The notes: generated by a model not told the origin, from the sequence alone. Shown: positions 26,870 through 40,719, counted from the whole stretch's first letter. The stretch is DNA of 63,872 bases, filler included, from Octopus bimaculoides (GCF_001194135.2; 8 parts of 7 records of this genome joined end to end with filler, not necessarily neighbours in it); one strand, 5' to 3'. Translations and numbers: made by a program.

Positions 26870-27652
26870 GTGTGTGTGTGCACGCATGTGTGTACGTGCA
26901 TGTGTTTTCTGACAGATGTTGCGAGTGGCAGATAGTATCAGCAATTTGAAAAACCAATCGAAGCCATTTCTCTGTTTTCATCAAATGATTGATTGCCACT
27001 ATCACGCACACACACACACAAACACATTTACACAGATGTGTGTGTCTGTTTGTATAAACACAGGCATAAATGTGTAGTTAAGAAGTTCTCTTTGAAACGA
27101 TGTCCTTTAGGGATCATTTCCACAGCGTAGTACTGTCTGTTAGCTTAGTACTCTGGATGCAAGCTGATGAATGCATTGCCAGTGAACTGGTAGAGGAAAA
27201 CTACTGATCTCATTATAGTACATGTGCGTGTTGGTACTCAAGTACTATTTTCTCCACCCTGTTTTGCACTTATGTGCTTGTGTGTGTGTGTGTGTGTGTG
27301 TGTGTATCTGGATATTGAGCTGTTTGTTGTCCAAAGCTCTTGGGGATAACTATTACCTTGCTTAGAAACAGGTGTTGGTTGGCAACAGGAAGTGCATCTG
27401 GCTGTAGATAAATGTGTGCATATATGTATGAGTTTGTGTGCATATGTATGTATATGCATATGTGTGTGTATATCCATATCTCCCAACATATACAATATTT
27501 TTACATGTGTGTGTATATATATATATATATAAAGTGGAGAGGCAGATAAACACAAATAGGCTTAATGTGTGCATTTACATGGAATACAAAATACAGTTTG
27601 GACTAAAGAATATAATGTCAATAAAAGGAGATTTATACCACTAATTCACTCA

Positions 27653-27701
<49 letters not shown>

Positions 27702-27778
27702 TATATGTGTGTGTGTGTGTGAAGAAAGAAATTATCCGTGTCTTAGGTGAATTTTCTATTTGTTCTTTTGTTGTAATA

Positions 27779-27874
<96 letters not shown>

Positions 27875-27984
27875 GTTTACTTTACTGTTAAGATATGATC
27901 AACAAAAGAAAGTACTCCATCTCATAAGAGATGAATATTGTTTAATGCACACTGTATATAGTTATGAACTAATAGTTTCATACA

Positions 27985-28500
27985 TTGCTGATATTATCTA
28001 GGCAGCAGGTTTTAACACACCTCGTGTCTCCAAGTAAACTTCCATGTTCTGGGTACATGTCCTATACAAGTTACAAATAATGATAGTCGAACAAGAGAAA
28101 TCACAAGAAAAAGAAAGATGACATGAAGGTGTGTTCAAAAAGTGGAATGGTGAAGAAAATGGAAAAAGCAAAAAATAATTACATTGGGTTGCATCAACTT
28201 CAAAAGTTGCTATGCTAACACCTATCTTCTTTCCAGCACATGGACAAAAAGTAAAGCCACTAAGTTTGGCTAGCCACATATGGGGTTTGAAGACCAACTC
28301 CTCACCACATACAATCAAGTGGAATATCATAGAAAAATCCATGCCATAAAATGGAAAAATCCATGCCATAAAAATGGATTTAAAAAATGCAAGTTATGTG
28401 TATTGCATATTGTTTTTATATCTAAGAATTTCACTGCAATACTGAATTCCAGATCAGGATTTTTCAGCAAAAGCAGAACGTACAGACAATTTTATTCTTT
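27985..28500 (+). mobile_element. Penelope-like element, GIY-YIG endonuclease C-terminal fragment
   Basis: Repaired reading NYIGLAST-FKSCYANH.SSF...KLASHIWGLKTN..IKWNIIEKSMP...KKCKLC...LNSRSGFFSKSR matches the Penelope YIG...FK.RY.NH..SF...HIW.LK...IKW.I...C.LC...LN.RSE...KCRH pattern. It contains a small internal duplication (28333-28378). Confidence 0.8.
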
Positions 28501-29041
28501 TTGGTGAAGTGGAGAACACCATATTCTCTGGATGGAGCAGCTGTATTGCAAATTTGAAACTCTTTTTGTTGCTTCTGTGCCATCTAGCCTTGCAACCCTA
28601 TAGTCGAAGGGGACATAATTCTTCCTTTTTTTCTTTTCTTTTTCTGTTTTTTTTTTTTGTGATTTCTCTTGTTCTATTGACCTCATTTGTAACTTGTATA
28701 GGCCATGTGACCAAAGCCTGAAGATTACTTGGAGGCAATAGGCATGTTTTAAAACCTATCTAGATAATATCTTCTATGTATGAAACTATTAGTAGCTTAT
28801 AACTATATACTGCACACATTAAACAACACACAATAAAAAGAAAAAGAAACATTTGTGAAAGACAATTTCAACCCATCTACTGTAAACTAATCTTTACATC
28901 TGTAAATATTATTGAATAGTTTTTTAAAAATTTTATTTTATTTATATTTGCAGTTTTCTTTATTTCTAAAAGTTGGATCTTGTCAAACATAATTTATGAA
29001 TGTTTGGAATAGATGAATATGTTTTGTTCAATTTCTCTTAG

Positions 29042-29149
29042 ACCAAACAGAAAGAGCATAACCTAGAAAAGGTTCTTTCTGCAATTGGATTAAGCATTAA
29101 CTGGTGGCTATGTTTAAAAGAACTCCAGCTTATGATTAGAAGGAATCAA
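29042..29149 (+). CDS. Candidate internal exon (TKQKEHNLEKVLSAIGLSINWWLCLKELQLMIRRNQ)
   Basis: Acceptor ttcaatttctcttAG and donor CAA|GTGAGA. The segment is 108 nt and open only in phase 0; both other frames contain stops. No homology recognised. Confidence 0.3.
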
Positions 29150-29425
29150 GTGAGAGATATGTGTAGCCATGTAATCCATTGTGATCTTTCTTAAGTTGAG
29201 CTGAAGATTAAATGTAGTGAGAGACTAAAAAATAGTTTCTTTCATTGAGAAGTTATGTTGAAGAGCTAATAGTAAATCTGTGAAAGCATATCTGGACATT
29301 GTGCTATTTGTTGTTCAGAGCTCTTGAGGGAAATATCTTGAGTGGAAACAGGTGTCAGTTGGCGGTAGTATCTGGGTGTAGGTGTGTGTGTGTGTGTGTG
29401 TGTGTGTGCATGTGTGTTTATGTGC

Positions 29426-29464
<39 letters not shown>

Positions 29465-29567
29465 TGTGTGTTTATGTGCATATATGTGTGTATGCATGTA
29501 CATATTGGTGTGTATATATATCCATATGTATATTTCCAAGCACATACAATATTTACATGTGTGTGTG

Positions 29568-29604
<37 letters not shown>

Positions 29605-29651
29605 GTATCTGTCTGTCTGTCTGTCTGTCTGTCTATATATCTCTCTCTCTA

Positions 29652-29685
<34 letters not shown>

Positions 29686-31230
29686 NNNNNNNNNNNNNNN
29701 NNNNNNNNNNNNNNNNNNNNNNNNNNNNNNNNNNNNNNNNNNNNNNNNNNNNNNNNNNNNNNNNNNNNNNNNNNNNNNNNNNNNNNNNNNNNNNNNNNNN
29801 NNNNNNNNNNNNNNNNNNNNNNNNNNNNNNNNNNNNNNNNNNNNNNNNNNNNNNNNNNNNNNNNNNNNNNNNNNNNNNNNNNNNNNNNNNNNNNNNNNNN
29901 NNNNNNNNNNNNNNNNNNNNNNNNNNNNNNNNGAAAAATAGATATATAGTATATATATTTATTAATATTTAGCAGATGTAACAAAGTGACTCAAGGGCTG
30001 AGAGTTTGTATATACTTATATACATGTGTGTGTTGTGTTCCTGTGTGTTATGGATTTGCAGTAAGTGGTAAGTTACCATTTGTGTTCCGAGTTCAAATCC
30101 CTCCGAGTTTGATTTTTGCTTTCATTTTTTTTTTTTTTTTTTTTTTTCAGTTCAGTAAAACAAAAGAATAGATTAGGTCTTCCTGTGTAGTTATGAAGTT
30201 TGCTTCACAACTATTGGATCTTTTGAAGTAGATACTCCACTTTTCCTGTGTTCAGATAAGAGGCTCAATAAATAGACTGTTCTGTGAAGCATGTGCTGTA
30301 TATAGTTGATAATTGGGTAATCCCTGGTGCAGACAATAATTCTGATGCAAGAAGAAGGGTGAGAAAGAACAAAGGGAAACATTTTAACTTTCTGCAAGAA
30401 ATGAAAAGGAGTTATTAATGTGTTGTTCTTTTTAATTCATTCTTCTTGTGACTTGTATTACTACTTGAAAGTCTATAGTACTGATCAGCATTACTGCTTC
30501 CACATCTTGTTCTCAAAGCCCAGCCCCACCATGAACTAATTAGATATCACAGGTGTCCCAGCTCACTACTATATAAGTAATAAAAGCTAATAGAAGCTGT
30601 CTGCAATTGAATTTCATAGGCGTTTTTAAATTTTTTTTTTTCTCCCGTTAAAAGCACCCAGTGATTGGCATTAAGAAGGGCATCTAGCTGTAGAAACTAA
30701 TCCAATTCAGACTGGAACCTGATGCAGCTCTCTGGCTTGCCAGCTCTGGTTGAATTGTTCAACCCATGCCAGCATGGAAAATGGATATTAAAGCTTGATG
30801 TTGATGATGATACTTAGCCATCTTGACTGAATGTTAAAAGCACCTAAGGGTAAGTTGACAGTGTTAAACCATGTGATGGATTAAGCCCCACACACTGGAT
30901 AGGAAAGGTCATTCCTATACATTTTCTATCTACCAAATTTCTAAAGGCATTAGTTGACCCAAGACATTCGTAAACATACTTGCTCAAGTTGTCACACACT
31001 GGGATTGAATCCAAAATCACAGAGTTGCAAAGTGAGCTGCTTAACCACATGGCCATGCCTTTTGATATGCTAGGTGTACCAGTAATAAGTATAGAGGGAC
31101 AAATTTGCATTCTGACTGAGTTCACCTGAGTTTTAAAATAACCAACAAGTTAGAGGAATTCAGTAAAATTTTGCCTCTGTTTCTTTTATTTCAAACAACA
31201 CAAGGTTCTCACATACACACATGCATGCAT

Positions 31231-31292
<62 letters not shown>

Positions 31293-31926
31293 CCCAATTG
31301 GTATTTATTATCTTATTCGTGTTGCAATATTTTATTTTGAATATGATGATTTTAATATGGAGTGAATGAGAGTGAGGTTTTTTTTTTTTTGTTTATTAAA
31401 AAGTCTGATGACACTTCATAACCGAATTATTGTTATTGTGAATTGTCTTTCCACTTCCTCCACACTCAACAGTAAACAAACAGACATTATTCATAGCATG
31501 TGTGAAACGATGGCGTTTGATTACGAAGTTTTAGAGCAGTCTTTCACAACAGAATGTCTTGTCGTCCATATGCATTCCAACCTGACTGAAACCTTGTGCT
31601 GATTTATTGGAAATAATGTTTATTTATGAAAATGTTATTGACATAGAACTGAAAGATGACATTTTACACAAGAGTTCATTAATGAATCACATGAAAGTTA
31701 TCCTCTTCAATCTATATTTTGCTATTCTATAATTAGCTTCATGGATGTTAGGAACATCTATATTAGATGTACATATTTAGTAAAGGGATTTAGAAATATC
31801 TTTGGTAAGAAGTTTGCTTCCCAACCACATAGTTCCAAGTTCACTTACACTGTATGACACCTTGGGCGAGTGTCTAAGCAAAGCCTTTTTAATAGATTTG
31901 GCAGGTGGAAAGTGAAGGAAGTCCGT

Positions 31927-31971
<45 letters not shown>

Positions 31972-32225
31972 ATATAATGTGTGTGTGTGTGTGTATATAT
32001 ATATTATGAGGAGACCCCCTTTAGTCATGAATGACCATGGGATTGCACCTAGAAAGTTGCCCTCCGAGGCACAAGTCTGGGCAAGGTTATTTGTGGAAGG
32101 CCAGCAGTCTGGTATGCCTGCATGATTACAATTGTAGACTATTAAAACTATGTAATATTTCCTGTGAATATTTTGAATTACTTTAATTGAAAATTTTCAG
32201 CTGCTATCATCACTTTTCCTTTTAA

Positions 32226-32906
32226 TTCTTTAGCTTTTAAAGTAGTCATATCCAGCTCAAATAATCTACCTGTTTTATGTTCAAACCAGCCAGGCCTGGC
32301 TTCCCAAACCTACCCTAAATGTCATTTTGAAAATAAACAAACCACATTCTCCCGGGTTCAGTCCCACTGCGTGGCATCTTGGGCAAGTGTCTTCTACTAT
32401 AGCCTCGGGCCGACCAAAGCCTTGTGAGTGGATTTGGTAGACGGAAACTGAAAGAAGCCCGTCGTATATATGTATATATATATGTATGTGTTTGTGTGTC
32501 TGTGTTTGTCTCCCCCCCCCCCNNNNNNNNNNNNNNNNNNNNNNNNNNNNNNNNNNNNNNNNNNNNNNNNNNNNNNNNNNNNNNNNNNNNNNNNNNNNNN
32601 NNNNNNNNNNNNNNNNNNCCCCCCAACATCGCTTGACAACCGATGCTGGTGTGTTTATGTCCCCGTAACTTAGCGGTTCGGCAAAAGAGACCGATAGAAT
32701 AAGTACTAGGCTTCTAAAGAATAAGTCCTGGGGTCGATTTGCTCGACTAAAGGCGGTGCTCCAGCATGGCCACAGTCAAAAGACTGAAACAAGTAAAAGA
32801 GTAATCACATGATCAAAATCTCACAGTCACAAGATAATGCATGATTAATTTAAAATTATGAATAAATAAGCATTACATTCAACAAAGTAATCTAAATGCT
32901 AAAGGG
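32226..32906. mobile_element. piggyBac-like MITE carrying a nested SINE
   Basis: Left end TTAA|ttctttagcttttaaa and right end tctaaatgctaaaggg|TTAG. The termini match at 12/16 as an inverted repeat, with CCCTTT-type ends and a TTAA-like target. Confidence 0.6.
32341..32805 (+). mobile_element. tRNA-derived SINE, family 2 (internal microsatellite), 5'-truncated
   Basis: ccgggttcagtcccactgcgtggc...ttgggcaagtgtcttctactatagcc...gtagacggaaactgaaagaagcc...gactgaaacaagtaaaagagt. Other copies lie at about 24720-24880(-), 30860-31070(-), 31770-31930(+), 34920-35120(-), 39395-39543(+) and 40550-40700(+). Confidence 0.9.
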
Positions 32907-33719
32907 TTAGCATTTTATCTAGATCAGCTGGTTTGGTGTAAGGGAAGAGATAAGAAATTGAGCTCTAGAAATTTATCAATTTTTCTTTTCAAATTTTTTC
33001 CTGTTCTTAAGAGATTCTTTGTAAATTAATAGAAAAAGTATTTTTCTAGAAATATTCACACAACCAAATATTTTAGCCTAGGATATGTGGCAAAAGCATC
33101 CACAAAGAGTTTCAGAATCTTCCTTTAAGTGTCTTATAAAGTTGTGCTGAGAGAGAGAGAATATAAGTGAAAGGTATTGATGTTGAGATCACAGCAGAAG
33201 AGAAGAAAGGAAAATTTAACAGATGTCTAATGTTATCAGTAAGCCTGCTGTTATATTTTATCAGCACTACTGGGCCCATTATCAGTTAATTTGGTATACT
33301 GGTACATGTCCTTGCCAACACCACATTCCTTTTACTCACCATTTTTTCTTTTTCTTTTTTAAAACCTGTTTATTGGTTAGAATTATATTTAACTTGGTTA
33401 CATGGGATATTATAGTACTAGCAACATTTGTTACAATGGGTTATCATAGTTTTAGTAACATCTGTAACATTTAATAATTCTGTGAATGATAAACGTGAAG
33501 TGGTTTGGTGATATTTAAGAATTCCCTTTATGGTATTAGTTTCTCCTCAGAAAGATAAGATTATGAAGGTCTAGAAATGTTCATGATGAATCTGGAAACT
33601 ACTTTTCCAAACAAACTGCAAGGATCACTTCAAAATTTTGAAGAAGCCTTAATAAAAATAAAACTTCAACACAATATGGTTTTAACACAACTTGTTTAGA
33701 ATAAAGCTGTTCCCATTTG

Positions 33720-34120
33720 TGGAGTGATTCTGTGGAAGGGGTAGACCGAGAAAGACATGGGATGAAGTGATAAGAAAGGATCTTCAGACACTGGATCTCA
33801 CTGACAAAATGACAAGGAACTGGGAGTTGTTGCAATTTGCTGTACTTGAAAACACGTGTCATGCTAAGTAAAATTGTTGCCTTCCATACGTATAGGCTTG
33901 TCCTTTGCTGGTGCTGGTGCTGTGTAAATGCACCCTAGTGGCATGTTAAAAGCACCTGACACACTATGTAAAGTGGTTGGTATTAGGAAGAGCATCCAGC
34001 TGTAGAAACTATGCCACAACAGACAACTGGAGCCTGGACAGCTCCCTGACTGGGCAACTGCATGTCAAACTGTCCAACTCATACCAGCATGGAAAACAGG
34101 CGTTAAATGATGATGATGAT
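33720..34120 (+). mobile_element. RTE LINE extreme 3' end with 3' UTR and (GAT)n tail
   Basis: GRGRPRKTWDEVIRKDLQTLDLTDKMTRN is followed by a UTR containing ttaggaagagcatccagctgtagaaac and ending gcgttaaatgatgatgatg. The same tail occurs at 30650-30810(+) and 63125-63330(-). Confidence 0.8.
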
Positions 34121-34139
34121 ATATGTATATAAATAAAAT

Positions 34140-34430
34140 GATATGCTAGTGAGATGTGGGTTACGACAAAAAGGAAAAAAAAAAAACATTGTCTATGATG
34201 CAAAGGGCCATGTTAAGATCCATGCTAGGAATATCATTGCCAGAGCATAGAGAAAGGAGCGGTGTGAATGGCATGATTGGAGAATACCAAAATCACAAGT
34301 TTTTCACTGGGTTGGACATATCACACAAAGTTCACAGACAAGTGGTATCTAAGAAATTGGAAAAGGCTGCTTGGAAGCCCTTCATGAAGATGGGAAGATG
34401 ATTTAGTCAAGAAGGAATTGGAAGCACATT
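34140..34430 (+). mobile_element. RTE-like LINE fragment, decayed
   Basis: YASEMWVTTK...MQRAMLRSMLGISL...HWVGHI matches the RTE YGSETW...QR.MER.MLGI.L...W.WAGHI pattern. Confidence 0.65.
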
Positions 34431-34469
34431 GTAACCAGCAGTGTATAACAACATCAACTAGGACTCTGT

Positions 34470-34782
34470 CAGTTATGATGACAAGAGTTCCAGTTGATCC
34501 GATCAACAGAACAGCTTGGTCATGAAATTAATGTGCAAGTGGCTGAGCACTCCACTGACACCTGTACCCTTAATGTAGTTCTCAGGGAGATTCAGCATGA
34601 CACAGAATGTGACAATGCTGGCCCTTTGAAACAAAGGTACTACTCATTGTTGCCAGTTGAGTGGACTAAAAGCATTGTGAAATAAAGTGTCTTGCTCAAG
34701 GACACAATGCATCGCTGGGAATTGAACTCCCGACTTTTACGATCATGAACCAAATACCCTAACCACTAAGCCACGTGTCTTA
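34470..34782 (-). mobile_element. tRNA-derived SINE related to family 1
   Basis: Contains the reverse complement of the family-1 tail (gttccagttgatccgatcaac...gtacccttaatgtagttctc) plus a tRNA-like head at 34720-34782. Confidence 0.8.
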
Positions 34783-35491
34783 ACAGTTTGACAACTATTA
34801 AGAAATTAAATAAATAAATAAATACAGCATGGACATCTAAACTTCATTGTAAGTTTTAAAATGGCACCCTGGGTACTATCTTCTGTTGTAGTTCATCAAT
34901 ATTTTGTTGGTGAAATTTAGTAGATAGAAAATGTACATAAGCCCGTCATATCTTTTCTCTTTTACTTGTTTCAGTCATTGGACTACAACCATGCCATGAA
35001 GAGTTTTGATTGAATCACTTGGCTCCAGTACTTTTTGTTTTTTAAAGTCTGGTACATATTCTGTCAGCCCAAGGTGCTGCACTGTAGAACTGAACCCGAA
35101 ACCACATGCCTGCAAAGTGAGCTTTGTGTTTATATTTACAACAGGTTAAAAGGCAAAAAGTGGTGTTCTGTTGTTTGTGTTACATACCATGACTTAGCAT
35201 TTCAACAAATAGGATGTGATAAAATAATTACCAAATGGAAATGAGCACTGGAGTTAATATGATTGACAAAAACCAGTAACATTTCTTCATCACTTTATCT
35301 ACTCTTCATTAAGTCTTTGCCTCTTTGTTAGGTTTCTTTATTGTGTGATATCAGATCCTTCAGGGGCTGATTTTGCTTATCATCATTATTGGATTGATAA
35401 GGACCAGTTACATTAATGATAGCAACTCATTGAACTCAAGTCTTCCCTTTAGTAGAGCACAAGTTGCAAATGACTTGCAGTATTTAGTTTA

Positions 35492-35692
35492 AAGCCGCAA
35501 GCTGGCAGAATTGTTAGCACACCAGTCAAAATGCTCAGTGGCATTTCTTCTGACTTTATGACCTGAGTTCAAATTTTGTTGATATTGACTTTACTCTTCA
35601 CTTTTTCAGGGTTTGATAAAAATAAGTACCATTCAAGCACTGGGGTTGATATAACTGACTAGCTTTCTCCCCACAAATTTCAGGTCTTGTGA
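35492..35692 (+). mobile_element. tRNA-derived SINE, family 3
   Basis: gctggcagaattgttagc...gagttcaaatt...gataaaaataagtacca...caaatttcaggtcttgtg. Other copies lie at about 37540-37750(-), 38200-38530(-), 54541-54745(+), 59718-59930(+), 60082-60190(+) and 62040-62232(-). Confidence 0.85.
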
Positions 35693-35694
35693 AA

Positions 35695-36171
35695 ATAATT
35701 TGTTAAGCCCTGGATAGATAGTGTATGCAATGGAAGGCCATATATGTTTCAGTAAGACTCTGCACTATCACACATGGCTCTAGTAACACAGGAATGGATG
35801 GCTGAAAACTTCCATGATCACATAACCCCAACATTTGGTCTCCTAATTCCCCAGATCTCAATCCATTGGATTGTTACATGTGGAGTGTTGTTGAGAGAGA
35901 GGTCAATGAACGTGCCCATAACACCAAAGATTTTTTGAAAGCTGCCATGGTCAGAATAATGTTGAAAATGAACCAGGACCACTTGATTTGAGCATGTAGA
36001 TGATTCAGATCTCATATAGAAGCAGTTGTTGAAGCTGAAGGTGGCTTTATTGAATAACATTATAGAAAAGAAAGTTTAATTTTATCCTCATAGCATTTTT
36101 TGATAAATAAAGTTATGTTATTATGTTTTTCTATAAACATAAACCTGTCCTCAAATATCTTATGCACCCTG
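35695..36171 (+). mobile_element. maT (DD37D) transposase 3' fragment with TIR
   Basis: KPWIDSVCNGRPYMFQ*DSALSH...WSPNSPDLNPLDCYMWSVVERE...HIEAVVEAEGGFIE*. There are 37 residues between the second and third D after repairing one frameshift. The terminal ...aatatcttatgcaccctg ends at 36171. Confidence 0.85.
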
Positions 36172-36907
36172 CACATATATATATATATATATATANNNNN
36201 NNNNNNNNNNNNNNNNNNNNNNNNNNNNNNNNNNNNNNNTTAATTAATTAANNNNNNNNNNNNNNNNNNNNNNNNNNNNNNNNNNNNNNNNNNNNCATAC
36301 ATATATATATATACACATACATATATATATACATACATACATACACACACACACATATGTGTATATATATGTGCATGTGTGTTTCTATGTATGTATACAA
36401 GAATACACACATGTACATATATGTGAGTGGTTGGGTGTGTTCTGTAGTTGTTCTGAACAATTGTTTACGTAGCCATTCTGGAGCATTTCCATGGTCTCCA
36501 GCAATTTTTCTGTTACATTTTTGTCTCCTTTGTTTTATCTTTCTTTGTGTTTTTTTCTTTTGTCTGTTTTTCTACTTAGTTTGGTATTTTGATTGTCTTG
36601 CTGCTTCAGCTAGTTTGCATTGTATTCTTCATCTTATGTTCTTGCAAGCATTGTTGTTGTTCATATAGGCAAGACTAGAAGCTTTGTGTGTTGGAGGAAA
36701 GAGCGAAAGCATACGATTAGATGATTTACAAAACATTTCCCCATGTGTTGTCTCCAAGTTCTTATCTTTGTCGGCTGGAACCAGTTTTGGTTTACATTAA
36801 AATTTTTGCAACTGTATTTCTAACATGAACATTCTTTATTTTCCTATGAATTTCAAAAATGAATTATTTAGTGAAATAACTAACTTTTAATTAAATAAAA
36901 GGGAAAT

Positions 36908-37308
36908 ACTCTTTACTCTTTTACTCTTTTACTTGTTTAAGTCATTTGACTGTGGCCATGCTGGGGCACCACCTTTTTAATCAAACAAATCGACCCCAGG
37001 AGTTATTCTTTGAAAGCCTAGTACTTATTCAATCGGTCTCTTTTTGCCAAACCGCTAAGTTACGGGGACGTAAACACACCAGCCTCGGTTGTCAAGTGAA
37101 GTTGGTGGGGACAAACACAGACACACAAACATATACACACACATATACATATATACGAAGGGTTTCTTTCAGTTTCCATCTACCAAATCCACTCACAAAG
37201 CTTTGGTCGGCCTGATGCTATAGTAGAAGACACTTGCCCAAGGTGACACGCAGTGGGACTGAACCCAGAACCATGTGGTTGGTAAGCAAGCTACTTACCA
37301 CACAGCCT
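36908..37308 (-). mobile_element. tRNA-derived SINE, family 2, near full length
   Basis: Reverse complement of the 32341 family from head to (AAGAGT)n tail. Confidence 0.9.
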
Positions 37309-38097
37309 TGCATATTAGAATATATCATTTTTCATAATAGCTGCTTCTAATATAAACACAAAGACAAAAATCACAAGAGGAAGGGGCTACTTGATGCAAT
37401 CAGCCCTATTTCATGACTGGTATTTCATTTTATTTTATTGACCCATGAGGGAAGAATAACAAAGCTTGATATTTTTCCAATGCTCTCAACAATTTGACCA
37501 ATCCACTGTCTTTCACAATAATATTGATAATAACAATAATAATAATTTCAAATGTCTGGCACAAGGCTAAAAAATTTGGCAAAGGGGACAAGTTGGTTAG
37601 ATTGACCCCCAGTGCAAAACTATTACTTATTTTATTGACCCTGACAGAGATGAAAGGCAAAGTTGACCATGGCAGAATTTGAAGTCAGAATGTACAGATG
37701 GATGAAATGCTGCTAATCATCTTTTCCAGTGTACCAATGTTTCTGCTAGCATACCATCTTTTACATAGTAGTAGTAGTAATAATAATAATAATAACAGGA
37801 AAGTACTAGGACCTAGCTATTGAATTTCAGAGACTATGGAAAGTGTGGGTAAAATGTATCCCAGTATTTATAGGTGCATTGGATAATTATCCCTAAAGAT
37901 CTGAACAGATAGATAGAGGAAATAGGCATAAAACCCAGTTTAGTACAGCTCCAGAAAACAGTGTTATCAGGGACAACTAGAATACTTAGGTGGGTTCTTG
38001 GCATCTAAGCTTACTTGTTGTAGCGCGATGTTAGGATTTTTTCTTTTCCATCAATTTAATTTGTTGAGTGTATATGAAAATAGGAGTAGTAGTAGTA

Positions 38098-38146
<49 letters not shown>

Positions 38147-39164
38147 TAATAAAAATAATAATAATAACAACAACAACAATAATAATAATAATAATAAAAT
38201 AATCCTTTCTACTGGAGGCACTGCGGCCCAAAATTTTGTGGGGAGGAGACCACTCAATTACATTGACTCCAGTGCTTCACTGGTACTTAATTTATTGACC
38301 CTGAAAGGATGAATAATAATAATAATGATGATGATGATGATAATAATAATAATAATAATCATTTCTACTATAGGTACAACATGTGAAATTTGTGGGAAGG
38401 GAAAAGTCAATTACATCAGCCCCAATGTTCAACTGGTACATATATTATTGACACCAAAAAGATGAAAGGCAATGAAATAATTGCAAGGTTGACCTCAGTG
38501 GAATTTGAACTCAGAATGTGAAGATGGATGAAATGAATGATTATGATAATAAAAATAATAACGAAATTTTATTCCAAGATTTGAATTTAACTTCGGATAC
38601 TTCAAATAAAACCAGTTTTGAGGAAGTTTGTATTGAAGATACAAATCATGTATTGAAGAAAATATAATTATACATCACTAATATACAGAGTTTGATTAAA
38701 TTGATTACATATTTTCTTTTTGGCTTGGTACCTAATGAAAAAAATGTACAATCAAGCTGTAAAAATACAGCCAACACAATTCACTCCTACCCAGCAACAT
38801 TGATGCCCTTGAGAGAGATATTTATTGCCAAAAAATATTTCACGTTTCCCTATAGCTCAGACTTAGGAAATTACTATTATGATTATTATTATTACATCAT
38901 TAGAAGTCAATACATCCTCATTATTATCGTTGTTATCATCATCATCATCATCTTCATCATTTAAAGTCTGTCCTTGATGCTGGCAAGGGTTGGATGATTT
39001 GACAGGATCCAAACACATACATACAAACACACACATGCATTCATGCATATATAGCTACATAAATCTGCCTCAAGAAATTTTTCTGACCCATGGAAGCATA
39101 GAAAGGTGGAAGTTAAGATGATTATGGTAATAATAAGGATATGTATGTACATTTGTATGTATGT

Positions 39165-39215
<51 letters not shown>

Positions 39216-39543
39216 TATGTGTGTGTGCATGTATGCATGCACATATATATATATATATATATACATATATATATTAATGTTTGTTTTTATGTTCAGTTAT
39301 AAGAACAATTTTACATTAATCTGAAGGTCTACTCCATACTTTTGTTGAGTACAAAATCTAATCAAGGCTTAGTTGGCTGAAACTTCAAAGTCACTTCTTC
39401 CTCGCAAGCATGACTGTGTGGTAAGTAGCTTGCTTACCAACCACATGGTTCCAGGTTCAATCCCACTGCAGGGCACCTTGGGCAAGTGTCTTCTACTATA
39501 CCCTCAGGCTGACCAAAGCCTTGTGAGTTGATTTAGTAGACAG

Positions 39544-40551
39544 TTTATGGGAAAGAATGCTTGAATGAAAGAACTTGCAGAAGATGGTTTTCAAAATTCA
39601 GAAGTGGAGATTTCAGGCTTGAAGATGAAGATCGAACAGGGCATCCAGTTGAATTTGATGATAAGCTCCTTGTGGCATTACTTGAAGAAAATCCTGCATT
39701 ATCAGTTGAAGAATTGGCAATAAAGCTTAGCTCAAACCATACAACCATTCATTGTCATCTTCAACAACTTAGAAAGGTTCCTAAACTTGGAAAATAGGAG
39801 ACTCATGAATTGTCCGAAAGCAACCACAAATCCTGAGTTGACATTTGCTCTTCTCTCCATTATCAGAAACTCATTTCACCCTTTTTGGATAGACTTGTGA
39901 CTGGTGAGGAAAAATGGATCTTCTATCGAAATGTTAAATATTGTAAACAGAGGCTTGGTAAAAGGAAAAAAGCTCAACCACAACTGAGAAGAGAACTTCA
40001 CAGAAAAAAGTTTCTTCTCTCTATCTGGTGGGATTGCAAAAGAGTAATTCACTTTGAATTGTTACCACCTAATGCAACAATCAATGCTCAAGTCTACTGT
40101 CAGCAATTACAGCGTTTGAACCAAGCTTTGAAGAAAAAAAGATCCGCCTTAGTGAATCAAAAAGGAGTGATATTTCATCAGGACAATGCACGACCCCACA
40201 CTGCAAAGATCCCATCACAGAAGATCGAAGAGCTTGGTTGGGAAAAAATTCCTCATCCACCTTATTCTCCCGACCTTGCTCCTTCAGACTACCATTTGTT
40301 TCGTAGTTTAAAGAACTATTTGAGGGACATAACTTTTGCAAGCCAGGAGGGGGTCGAAACTGACAGTTCAGAGTTCTTCATTTTGAAACCAAAAGAGTTT
40401 TACATTGATGGGATCAAACAGCTTGTAAATAGATGAAAGGAAGTCATAGATAATCAAGGAAAGTACATTGATGATTAAATTTCAATTAAATATAGCATTT
40501 GATCACTTGTTTTCTTTATTCAAAATTTGGAGAGAACTTATGGGATGATTA
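39544..40551 (+). mobile_element. mariner (DD34D) transposase pseudogene, near complete
   Basis: NERTCRRWFSKFRSGDFRLEDEDRTG...LDRLVTGEEKWIFY...IWWD...FHQDNARPH...HPPYSPDLAPSDYHLFRSL, with in-frame stops. The 5' end is replaced by a SINE fragment. A TIR remnant gaacttatgggatga lies near 40534-40548. Confidence 0.95.
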
Positions 40552-40719
40552 AGAAGATTGCTCCCTGACTATGTGGCCTCAGGTTCAATCTACATGCATG
40601 GCATCTTGGGTCTGCCCCTGCCTGAGCCAACCAAACTACTCAAAGCCTGGTGAGTGGATAACATAAATAGAAACTGAGAGAAACCCAGTGTGCATGTGGG
40701 TGTGTATGTGTTTATTCTT

